The notes under the pieces: model-generated
What the model was told of the DNA's origin: nothing
The model's database searches: none
What the model saw: the letters and a program-made list of their open reading frames with translations, nothing else
Part shown: positions 7,318 to 15,700 of the stretch, in pieces
Layout of the letters: every line of letters begins with the position of its first letter
Numbering within the stretch: position 1 is the stretch's first letter
Origin: an uncultured bacterium
Lineage (GTDB): Bacteria; JAJVIF01; JAPKYR01
NCBI GenBank assembly: GCA_965369865.1
Contig: CBDURU010000054.1
Span: forward strand, 1-22,120
DNA length: 22,120 nucleotides
Direction of reading: 5' to 3'
Made by a program: the position numbers and the translations under genes

Positions 7318-8385
7318 TCAGCTTTCATTCCCTATGTCCGACTGTTCCAGCCCGGCACTCGTGAACAGTTCATGCATCAAATCCGCTGAATTAGCCGGAA
7401 GCATATGAACTTCGTCGTTGAACATGTCGGGATTCCCACCCCAGGAATCCAAATGAGTGTAATCCCTGAAAACCCCGCCGGCTTCCGCGACAGTCCTTTC
7501 GACATAATCAATTGTTTCTTCAATAATAGCCTGGGAACCGTATTCTCCGAGCAATTCCCACAACAACGGATGCATCGGCGCCACGAAAGTGTAAATGTCA
7601 ACTTCGTGTTCATTACACAGGTCGAGCAATTCTTCCCATGCTTCCATGCGTTCCGGTCCGATAAACTCCCAACCGGCAAGCACGTGGTTGAAATACTTTG
7701 GCGCGCCGGTTACCAGGATTTCTTCAAGGTCGTCCGGTCCGCTGATATCGTTCATATGACGGATAGCGAAATTTGTCAGGCCGTCGGCACGGTATTCCGC
7801 GGGTACAAGGCCTTCGCGCCCCGACCATTTTCTCATTACCGCCGCCAGCGACATCGTGAACTGATCCAGCGAGAACAGGGTCGACAGCCTCTCACGATAC
7901 GCGGTGTATACCGGCTTTGACGCAAAATAGCGGGTGTACCTGTATGCCACCCGTGCCTGCTTGGGAATTGCGACGCTGGAATTAAACATGATCGGATCGA
8001 TGCCAATCAGCACCAGCTCGATCGGAGCGTTCCTTTCCTCAAGCGCAATTTTCAATTCGGCGAGTATAATTTCAGTGCTTGCGAATCCCAGCCCCCAGTT
8101 ATAACAGCGTGTGCCGGTAAACGAACCGACAACCATCGGATCGAATGATTTCACCCTCGAATTCCCAAGTATAAGGGATGATGGCGCGGGAATGAATTCG
8201 CTGAAAAGATCGAGTTTGGCGTCGTACTGGTTGGTTTCGATGGGCATGAAGCCGTCATTACCGTACAGATCGTATGGATCGACGATGAAGTTTATTAAGC
8301 CGGCACTGAGGACAGCACCGAACGTTACCCCGAGGAGAATATAGAGGAATGTTATTTTCTTCCAGCCTTCGGAAATCATCTTCAA
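7318..8385 (-). CDS. Membrane-anchored SGNH-like (DltD/AlgJ-type) putative acyltransferase partner, paralog C
   Basis: TM helix, NFIVDPYDLYG, ILGNSRV, RCYNW, DxxH (NDEVHM). True start may be ATG at 8379. Confidence 0.7.
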   Translation of the reverse strand: MKMISEGWKKITFLYILLGVTFGAVLSAGLINFIVDPYDLYGNDGFMPIETNQYDAKLDLFSEFIPAPSSLILGNSRVKSFDPMVVGSFTGTRCYNWGLGFASTEIILAELKIALEERNAPIELVLIGIDPIMFNSSVAIPKQARVAYRYTRYFASKPVYTAYRERLSTLFSLDQFTMSLAAVMRKWSGREGLVPAEYRADGLTNFAIRHMNDISGPDDLEEILVTGAPKYFNHVLAGWEFIGPERMEAWEELLDLCNEHEVDIYTFVAPMHPLLWELLGEYGSQAIIEETIDYVERTVAEAGGVFRDYTHLDSWGGNPDMFNDEVHMLPANSADLMHELFTSAGLEQSDIGNES

Positions 8386-8414
8386 AGTTTAATATTTTGA
8401 TACGTGGTGTACAA
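8386..8414 (-). promoter_or_regulatory. Putative sigma70-type promoter, possibly leaderless
   Basis: Minus strand TTGTAC (8414-8409), 17 nt, TAAACT (8391-8386), 6 nt, ATG (8379). Confidence 0.45.
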
Positions 8415-8447
8415 GTCTGTACCGCACATATATATTACGTCATTTTT

Positions 8448-10544
8448 TTATGGGTCCCACCTGTAAACCGTCACTAAGGGGGACGCGGCTCCCTGGTGAA
8501 GGACATGGATAGCGAAATTCGTGTCGTCGATATCCAGACGCAACGCGTTACCAGTCATGTATGGCGGACCGCCGATCGTGTCGAGGAGCGCACCGTCATA
8601 GCCGTAAAGCCTGATAAAATTGTCCTCGCATAATACACAGATAATATTGAACGATTCCCCCGCATTTTTAAGCGGGAGAATTTCCACATCCAAGGGTGCC
8701 GACGGCAGGGGTACAGTTATGATGACGTTAGTATAAAGGTCGATATCGGCATCGATAATTTCCAGCACATTTTCAGCGCCGCCCTCCACCACCGCCGCCC
8801 ATGCATGACCGGCATAACCGCCGGATATAGGCATAATTCCCATGTCGTCGATATCGATTCCGACCAGCGCGTCACGGTTGACAACACCCGGACCGCTGCC
8901 TTCCCCGATGACAACTTCGTATCCATCAACGATCATGCCAGGATTACTCTGGAAATCGAGTGGGGGCTTCAACCCAATAATATCAATGACCGGGAACATG
9001 GAATCATCGCCGGTATCGAACACCATGGTCGTGTACAGCAATCCGTCCTTGTTGAATCCCGATGCGAAATCGAGTGGACGAACGATGAAATTAAAGATCT
9101 TGGGAGGACCTTCAGATTGAATATTTACAAGGACATTGGCGGTAAGTTTTACGCCCAAATCACTGAGCAGCCAAAGGGTGATTCTCTGGCGTGCCATCAC
9201 ATTCGGTGTCGTGGCGGGATCGATTATTTCTTCGGATGTGTTCGATTCTCCCCAGCTCAGGGAGTGAATCGAGCTTCCGCTTGAATCCGGAATGGTTGTA
9301 TCCCCGAAATCAAAACGGAAATTCGGCATGCTGAATGGCGTTATAGGAGACCCGTCTACAGCTTTATACAACCCGACAGTACCCTCCTGGTACCCGTTTC
9401 GCCAGAAATGGTACGTGTCGTCCCCACCGAAAACCATGGAGATAAAGGTCCCGTCCAAGGCTCCCATGACCGCGATATCCATACCGTCGGTAGGACCGTT
9501 CGGCGATTCGAGAGGAAGGTTCTGGTACTGGATTTCAAACGATCCCTGTTTAACCGGAACAGCTTCCACTACGGTGATTGGAATATAGTTGAACGTAGAG
9601 ACACCGTTGGAGGTTGCCGTGATTTTCAGATTATGGTCGCCGACACCCTGTCCGGACTGCCCGTAGCTCACACCGTAGTATCCGTAAAGGTCGTCTCCCA
9701 GCGGCGACATCGGGGAATCGGCAGGTCCTCCGATCGGTGTTAGGTCGATTAACACGCTGTCGATATTATCCTGCCAGTCCCCGACTTTGCACGAAAGGTC
9801 GACCGTATTCAGTCCATTGTTCTGGAAGACGTCGCTTGCATTTAAATCCCATATTTCGTAAGGCTCCTCCTGGTTTTCAGGCCATGAACACTGGAACAGG
9901 AAATCCATCTCACCGAACTTTGTCATACTTCCAAGCTCGAAACTGATCGTCTCGGTATGCGATGATAAACCCGCGAACTCATGGTTCCCAATATCGGTCG
10001 CCCATGCCTTGAACGGATTCGGGGTGAGGTCGCCGGGTTCGCTGAGAATAAACGTGTAACTGTCGGGATTCAGGAATTTAATGTCACCGGAAAACCTGAC
10101 GATCGTGGTCAGATCCCAGACACTAATCCCTATCGGGTTAGTGAACGTGATTTTAAAATGGAATGTATTTCCCGATGGCGGTGGATCGAGGGTTATTGAA
10201 AAAGCCCCGGGAGTGGTCAGCATGAAAAGGGTAATATCAATATGCACCTGCTCGCTCCGTACCGGGAGGAACTCAACATAACCACCCTCGTATACCCGTA
10301 CTCTCTGAACGCCGAGTACATTGTGATTATTTAAATTATCCCGGCCGTAACCGGATGACAGCAGAGTGCCCCCGGACACCCCGGCAGCATAAGTTAACGT
10401 GGCTGAACCGGTTACCAGGCCGTTACTGTTTCGGGATAAATCCGGGTCGGGATAATCCGGTGCAGTGGGGGAATTGCTTCCCGAGCACCCGATCAGGATC
10501 GAAATCAATATTATGGTAAATAAAGCGAAACTGAATCTAGACAT
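8448..10544 (-). CDS. Large acidic putative surface lipoprotein of unknown function
   Basis: Signal peptide II with lipobox LIG-C then a SGSNSPTAP linker; rich in Asp, Gly, Ser and Pro with beta-strand-like segments; GGAG RBS; 698 aa. Confidence 0.8.
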   Translation of the reverse strand: MSRFSFALFTIILISILIGCSGSNSPTAPDYPDPDLSRNSNGLVTGSATLTYAAGVSGGTLLSSGYGRDNLNNHNVLGVQRVRVYEGGYVEFLPVRSEQVHIDITLFMLTTPGAFSITLDPPPSGNTFHFKITFTNPIGISVWDLTTIVRFSGDIKFLNPDSYTFILSEPGDLTPNPFKAWATDIGNHEFAGLSSHTETISFELGSMTKFGEMDFLFQCSWPENQEEPYEIWDLNASDVFQNNGLNTVDLSCKVGDWQDNIDSVLIDLTPIGGPADSPMSPLGDDLYGYYGVSYGQSGQGVGDHNLKITATSNGVSTFNYIPITVVEAVPVKQGSFEIQYQNLPLESPNGPTDGMDIAVMGALDGTFISMVFGGDDTYHFWRNGYQEGTVGLYKAVDGSPITPFSMPNFRFDFGDTTIPDSSGSSIHSLSWGESNTSEEIIDPATTPNVMARQRITLWLLSDLGVKLTANVLVNIQSEGPPKIFNFIVRPLDFASGFNKDGLLYTTMVFDTGDDSMFPVIDIIGLKPPLDFQSNPGMIVDGYEVVIGEGSGPGVVNRDALVGIDIDDMGIMPISGGYAGHAWAAVVEGGAENVLEIIDADIDLYTNVIITVPLPSAPLDVEILPLKNAGESFNIICVLCEDNFIRLYGYDGALLDTIGGPPYMTGNALRLDIDDTNFAIHVLHQGAASPLVTVYRWDP

Positions 10545-10825
10545 CGTGTTTAAACTCCATGAAATGTAATCTATATGTTTAGATGTAGTTTATTGTCAAT
10601 CCGTTTGATTTAAGGACTGAAAATTAATCCGGTTGAGAAAAATGGTTCGTTAATCCGGGATACTGCATCTTGATTAAACCTGATAAGAGTATATCATGTT
10701 AATATAAGAAATGGCTTCAATCAGGTTTCAGACACCATGCAACCTGAAGCACAAGTTGTCATCATATAGGGGGGCGAATTGTTTGTAGTTTCAAGCGATA
10801 GTTTTCAACAGTAGCCCGACCGTCA

Positions 10826-10965
10826 GGGGCTGTTGAAAAAGTTATTAAACTATAAAATCACAATGGATCAAAACTTCCGATACCGCTCTCCATGCGGACG
10901 GGCCGTCCGCGGTACAGCAGGCCGGCGTCCTGCGCTACGGGGTTTAGTACTTTTTCAACAGCCCC
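10826..10965. mobile_element. 140-bp MITE, copy 3, inserted in a REP-like hairpin
   Basis: Perfect 17-bp TIRs; GTCA duplicated at 10822-10825 and 10966-10969; flanked by GTAGCCCGACC and GGGAGGGCTC. Confidence 0.94.
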
Positions 10966-11034
10966 GTCAGGGAGGGCTCAATCGACAATAGAAGGAAAAT
11001 TTGTACGGATTTACCTGATCGTTCGGAATAAAAA

Positions 11035-12120
11035 ATGGACTTCTGGTGGCTTATATTAACATTAATCTTTGTTTTTCTTGTTGGGAACGACAGGATTCAC
11101 TGGGGCGATGTCTGGGGCGGAAACAGCGGTTATTTTTTCGGCGGCGCACGAAAATCTTACTCCCGTCGCAAAACAGGTTTCGAATTAAGGATGGAATCAA
11201 GGAAACATTCGCGGGAAGACGTTGTGGTGATGACAGCCGACGATCATATTCCGAAGCCCGATTTTGAGCTTGAGAAATTGATCTCGGATGGGCGTATCGA
11301 TGAGGCGAGGGAGTACAGGGCGGAATTGGAGAAGATCGCGGATGAAATGAGCGATGACGATTCATTGAGAAAATATGCCATCTACGGTGCGCGTATAGCG
11401 AGAAAAGCCAGGGAAATTAAACTCGGTGAGCAAAAGAAGAGATTTTCGGAACGGATGGAAATTTCGAAAAAGATCGACATCACACCGCTTCAATCCGATA
11501 TACCCGCGCCAACCGCCGCGGTGGGGATTATAGGAACAACCAGGGTCCCGATCAAAGATAAGAATGTTCCCCCGCCACTCTGGAAAGTAAAGAGTAAACC
11601 GAAATCTCCCGTGGAACCGAAATTACCCCGGCCTGAGAAAAAACAAATCGAACCACCGGTAGTTAAAAAAATCGAGACCGCGAAATCTGAACCTCCCGAA
11701 AAACCAAAGGAACGAATCGAATTTTACAAACCGAAGGCACCGCCAGTGGAGAAACCGAAATTTGTCCGTCCCGCTGCCGAGTACAAACCTGTTCCTTCTC
11801 ATATAAAGCCGGAGCCTCCACCAAAACCACCCGAACCGGTAAAGGCTGCGCCACTTTCGAAACCACCAAAGCCACCAACTATCCCGAAACCCCCGGAACC
11901 TTTCGAGCTGCCAAAAGATTTCAAACCACCGCCATCGGGACCCGTCACGCTTGGAACCCCCGGGTCGACCATTTTATCCGGTTCATCGGGTGGATATACG
12001 TCGGGACCGGTTGATCTCGACGCCAGGTTGAAGGGTAAAGAAAAGGAAAAGGAAAAGGCAGGGAAGGAATTCGAAGAGAAAATCGATCCGGATGATTTCA
12101 GCGATCTGATTTCGCTTTAA
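11035..12120 (+). CDS. Hypothetical protein with N-terminal membrane anchor, charged helical region and Pro/Lys/Glu-rich disordered tail
   Basis: 361-aa ORF; hydrophobic FWWLILTLIFVFLV; low-complexity stretches such as PEPPPKPPEP and KPPKPPTIPKPPEP. Confidence 0.7.
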   Translation: MDFWWLILTLIFVFLVGNDRIHWGDVWGGNSGYFFGGARKSYSRRKTGFELRMESRKHSREDVVVMTADDHIPKPDFELEKLISDGRIDEAREYRAELEKIADEMSDDDSLRKYAIYGARIARKAREIKLGEQKKRFSERMEISKKIDITPLQSDIPAPTAAVGIIGTTRVPIKDKNVPPPLWKVKSKPKSPVEPKLPRPEKKQIEPPVVKKIETAKSEPPEKPKERIEFYKPKAPPVEKPKFVRPAAEYKPVPSHIKPEPPPKPPEPVKAAPLSKPPKPPTIPKPPEPFELPKDFKPPPSGPVTLGTPGSTILSGSSGGYTSGPVDLDARLKGKEKEKEKAGKEFEEKIDPDDFSDLISL

Positions 12121-12258
12121 AAATCACTCAGACCAATTCTGCACGGGGCGGTTCTTATAATCTCCGAAACTGTAATCGGAGAGGGCGAAGCAGGAGCGGT
12201 GCTGGAATATATATTCGGAGAACAGCGGCACACAAAGGCCCGATTTAGACCATTGCTA

Positions 12259-12287
12259 TAGACAGTGTCTGGAAATAAGTATATTAT
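12259..12287 (+). promoter_or_regulatory. Putative sigma70-type promoter for tatAC
   Basis: TAGACA (12259-12264), 17 nt, TATTAT (12282-12287); GGAGG RBS before the tatA ATG. Confidence 0.5.
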
Positions 12288-12330
12288 GTAAATTTATAGA
12301 GGAAACCAACCTGATAATTCTGGAGGCATC

Positions 12331-12537
12331 ATGGGCTTTATACGAGGCTGGGAATGGGTTGTCATACTTGTTGCAGTACTCCTGATATTTGGACCAAGTA
12401 AGATACCCCAACTCGCTAAATCTGTCGGACAAGCTATCACCGAATTTAAAAAAGGTATAAAATCGGTCAAAACTGAAGTTGACGATGCTGTCACGGAAAC
12501 CGAGGAACCCGACTCTTCAAGCGAGAAAACCACCTGA
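12331..12537 (+). CDS. tatA: Twin-arginine translocase TatA/TatE subunit
   Basis: WEWVVILVAVLLIFGPSKIPQLAKSVGQAITEFKKG matches the TatA TM-FG hinge-amphipathic helix pattern; directly upstream of tatC. Confidence 0.95.
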   Translation: MGFIRGWEWVVILVAVLLIFGPSKIPQLAKSVGQAITEFKKGIKSVKTEVDDAVTETEEPDSSSEKTT

Positions 12538-12581
12538 TTTACAGATACATCCCCTGACTTGTTACCCCGAGGATATTCCCC

Positions 12582-13325
12582 TTGGATGAAAAAACCGAAA
12601 GCCCTTTGACGCAGCATCTCGAGGAACTTCGCTCCAGGTTAATTTTCTCACTGGTTTTTCTTTTGCTCGCAACAATCGCCGCACTTTACATCACCGATAA
12701 GTTCATCTTCAAATGGCTTATGGACCCGATCGAGGGAATCCCGGATGTCCGGATTCAGGTCCTCGGACCAGCGGATATTTTCGGGGCATATTTCAAGACA
12801 TCTTTTGTTATCGGATTACTGGCGGCGATTCCATTTATACTCTTCCAGATATGGCTTTTCCTCAAGCCTGGCCTTACTAAGAAAGAACAAGGATTCTTGA
12901 TACTTCTGGTTCCATCTTCAATAATCCTCTTTCTGGTTGGCAGTGCATTTATATTCTTCATCATGCTCCCTGCATCGCTAAAATTTCTTCTCGGATTCGA
13001 TATTGGCATCCAGGTCGAACTTGGCATCACACTGGACCGCTATATCTCATTCGTGCTGCTGCTTCTTTTTGCAGGCGGAATGATATTCCAGATACCACTT
13101 GTGGCATTCTTCCTTGCCAAAATCGGCCTTGTCTCCTCAAAGCTCCTTGCCAGCCAGCGAAAAATCGCGCTCCTGTTTTCTATCATTCTCGCCGCCATGC
13201 TGACACCTACCGGCGATCCAATCAATTTAATGTTACTATCGGTACCAATTTACGTGTTATATGAATTGAGCATTCTAGTGGCGGCAGCGGCATATCCACG
13301 AAAGCAAAAGGATAAAGAAAACTGA
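12582..13325 (+). CDS. tatC: Twin-arginine translocase TatC subunit
   Basis: PLTQHLEELRSRL, QIWLFLKPGLTKKE, FQIPL, AAMLTPTGDP, LYELSI; multiple TM segments. Confidence 0.96.
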   Translation: MDEKTESPLTQHLEELRSRLIFSLVFLLLATIAALYITDKFIFKWLMDPIEGIPDVRIQVLGPADIFGAYFKTSFVIGLLAAIPFILFQIWLFLKPGLTKKEQGFLILLVPSSIILFLVGSAFIFFIMLPASLKFLLGFDIGIQVELGITLDRYISFVLLLLFAGGMIFQIPLVAFFLAKIGLVSSKLLASQRKIALLFSIILAAMLTPTGDPINLMLLSVPIYVLYELSILVAAAAYPRKQKDKEN

Positions 13326-13484
13326 TCCGCAGGGAAATCCAGACTGAATTATCAGCCAGAATCACTCTTGTCCAATATAAAAAATCGGACAGCAAGTGAC
13401 GACCATTGACGCGATGGATTTCCGCCATTTGCGCCTAAAATCACTAAACCATGGTTAAATATTTGTATTGGAGTCATTTTGAGC

Positions 13485-13513
13485 TTGTCAACCGGAATTT
13501 GTGGTTATATAAT
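13485..13513 (+). promoter_or_regulatory. Sigma70-type promoter of the hdrA-flx operon
   Basis: TTGTCA (13485-13490), 17 nt, TATAAT (13508-13513). Confidence 0.7.
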
Positions 13514-13542
13514 GCGGATGAGCGAAGGTTTCTACCTGGGAA

Positions 13543-13577
13543 TGCGGGTGAATATTCATGCCCGCAAAATTTTTTTT
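13543..13577 (+). terminator. Hairpin plus T-tract in the hdrA leader (terminator/attenuator or operator)
   Basis: TGCGGG-TGAATATTCA-TG-CCCGCA followed by AAA and T8. Confidence 0.45.
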
Positions 13578-13621
13578 GTTTTATTTTCTAAATTGGCAGA
13601 CCAATCGGTCAGGAGTAAGTT

Positions 13622-15607
13622 TTGGTACGCATAGGTGTGTTTGTTTGTCAGTGCGGTAAGAATATCGCCCGTACTGTTAAGACTTCTGAAGTAGCTGAAA
13701 TCGCTTCTACATGGCCTGGAGTCGTCCATACAGAAGATTACAAGTACCTTTGCTCCGATCCCGGTCAGAATTTAATCAAGGACGCTATTAAACAACACAA
13801 ACTCACGGGAGTTGTTATTTCAGCTTGTTCTCCCAAGATGCACGAGGCGACTTTTCGTAAGGCGGTGGAATCAGCGGGCATTAATCCCTTCCTTTGTGAA
13901 ATTGCTAACATACGGGAACAATGTTCGTGGGTTCACGACGATATATCCATTGGCACGCCCAAGGCTGTCGATATCATTCACATGATGGTCGAAAAAGTCA
14001 GGTTCAACCATCCCCTGGAATCAATAAATGTCCCTGTTACAAAACGTGCGCTTGTTGTCGGAGGTGGTGTTGCAGGTATCCAGGCCGCGCTCGATATCGC
14101 CGATGGCGGCTGTGAAGTTGTGCTTGTAGAACGCGATCCTTCAATCGGCGGACATATGGCGCAGCTTTCCGAAACCTTCCCTACCCTCGACTGTTCGCAA
14201 TGCATCCTCACTCCAAAAATGACCGATGTGAAACACCATCCGCTCATTGATTTACGAACTTACTCTGAAGTTGTTGAGGTTGAGGGTTTCATTGGAAATT
14301 TCAAAGTAACGATAAAGCAAAAACCCCGGTACGTAGTCGAGGAACTGTGCATCGGATGCAACGATTGTGTCGACGCTTGTGTATTCAAAAAGCCGAAGGT
14401 CCCTGATGAATTCAACGAAGGCCTTGGAAAACGTAAACCCGTTTACATTCCTTTCCCACAGGCTATCCCGCAGGTCGCGTGTATCGATCCCAATACATGC
14501 ATTCAACTTAAAACCGGCAAATGTAAAATGACCTGTGCTTCGGCCTGTCCGAAAGAGTGCATCGACTTCGAGATGACTGAGACATTCGAGGAGGTCGAGG
14601 TCGGCGCGATAATCCTCGCGACTGGTTTCAAGCTTTTCGATGCGAAGCGAATCCCAAATTACCATTATGGCGAATTCGATAACATCTATACCAGTCTTGA
14701 AATGGAACGAATGGTGAGCGCGTCAGGTCCAACCGAAGGACGGGTACTTCTCAAGGACGGACGGACACCGGAATCGGTCGCTATCCTCCATTGTGTCGGA
14801 AGCCGTGATCGGAAGAACAACGCCTGGTGTTCGAAAGTGTGCTGCATGTACTCCCTTAAACTGGCGCACCTGATAAAACACTCAACCGGAGCGGACGTTT
14901 TCAATTTTTACATCGACATTCGTGCGGGTGGAAAATCATACGAGGAATTCTACGACAAGGTTCTTGAGGACAATGTCCAGTTCATCAGGGGCCGGGCGGC
15001 CAAGGTTGTCGATTGGGACCTCGAACCGCTTGAGGACGGCAAAGTCGTGGTTCATGCGGAAGACACACTCATGGGCCACCGACGGAGGATCCCGGTCGAT
15101 ATGGTAATCCTTTCGGTTGGGATGGAACCTCACGAGGACACCGCTGCACTCAGCAAAATTGTTAACTGCAGCGTATCCAGTGAAGGCTGGTTTCTGGAGC
15201 GGCATCCGAAACTGGCGCCGATCAATACCATGACCGACGGGATTTATATCGCGGGCGCATGCCAGGGCCCGAAGGACATACCTGAATCGGTCGCACAGGC
15301 AAGCGCCGCGGCGGCCAAGGCACTTGCATTGTTCTCCTCGGATGAGCTAACGCGTGACCCAACAGTGGCAACGGTAAACGAGATAAATTGTATCGGTTGT
15401 TTCTCATGCGAACGGGTCTGCCCGTTCGGTGCAATTGAACGACACGAAATTCGCGATCGCGACGGAAACCTGATCCGCACAGTCGCACGAGTCAACGAGG
15501 GTCTCTGCCAGGGCTGCGGACCATGCGCCGCGATCTGCCCGTCGAAATGCATCAGTATCGCGGGTATCACGGAAGAACAGGTGTACGCTCAGCTTGGGGC
15601 AGTTTGA
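13622..15607 (+). CDS. hdrA: Heterodisulfide reductase subunit A family flavoprotein, paralog 1
   Basis: GVFVCQCG, ACSPKMHE, NIREQCSWVH, FAD-binding GGGVAG, ETFPTLDCSQC, CVGSRD..CSKVCCMY, GACQGPKDI, inserted and C-terminal ferredoxin motifs; AGGAG RBS with TTG start. Confidence 0.96.
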   Translation: MVRIGVFVCQCGKNIARTVKTSEVAEIASTWPGVVHTEDYKYLCSDPGQNLIKDAIKQHKLTGVVISACSPKMHEATFRKAVESAGINPFLCEIANIREQCSWVHDDISIGTPKAVDIIHMMVEKVRFNHPLESINVPVTKRALVVGGGVAGIQAALDIADGGCEVVLVERDPSIGGHMAQLSETFPTLDCSQCILTPKMTDVKHHPLIDLRTYSEVVEVEGFIGNFKVTIKQKPRYVVEELCIGCNDCVDACVFKKPKVPDEFNEGLGKRKPVYIPFPQAIPQVACIDPNTCIQLKTGKCKMTCASACPKECIDFEMTETFEEVEVGAIILATGFKLFDAKRIPNYHYGEFDNIYTSLEMERMVSASGPTEGRVLLKDGRTPESVAILHCVGSRDRKNNAWCSKVCCMYSLKLAHLIKHSTGADVFNFYIDIRAGGKSYEEFYDKVLEDNVQFIRGRAAKVVDWDLEPLEDGKVVVHAEDTLMGHRRRIPVDMVILSVGMEPHEDTAALSKIVNCSVSSEGWFLERHPKLAPINTMTDGIYIAGACQGPKDIPESVAQASAAAAKALALFSSDELTRDPTVATVNEINCIGCFSCERVCPFGAIERHEIRDRDGNLIRTVARVNEGLCQGCGPCAAICPSKCISIAGITEEQVYAQLGAV

Positions 15608-15700
15608 ATGATAAGCAAACCTGTAACAGCAGGTGTATAATATCTGGCTTTTCAGGGTAGCGCGGAGGCAAGGAATTTTAAGGGGGGCGAGGAGTAAATT

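Noticed and set aside
12121..12258. Structured ncRNA or small ORF upstream of tatA (hairpin TCTCCGA/TCGGAGA at 12161-12182)
   Set aside because: Only short stems, no recognisable RNA family motif, and no ORF with a credible start and RBS.
13505..13566. Purine riboswitch suggested by TATAAT...GGTTTCTACC
   Set aside because: The segment between the motifs is too short for P2, the ATATGG and CCGTAAA loops are absent, and TATAAT fits better as the -10 box.
15613..15641. Internal promoter for the second hdrA (TATAAT at 15636-15641)
   Set aside because: No acceptable -35 or TGn extension, so it cannot be supported from sequence alone.
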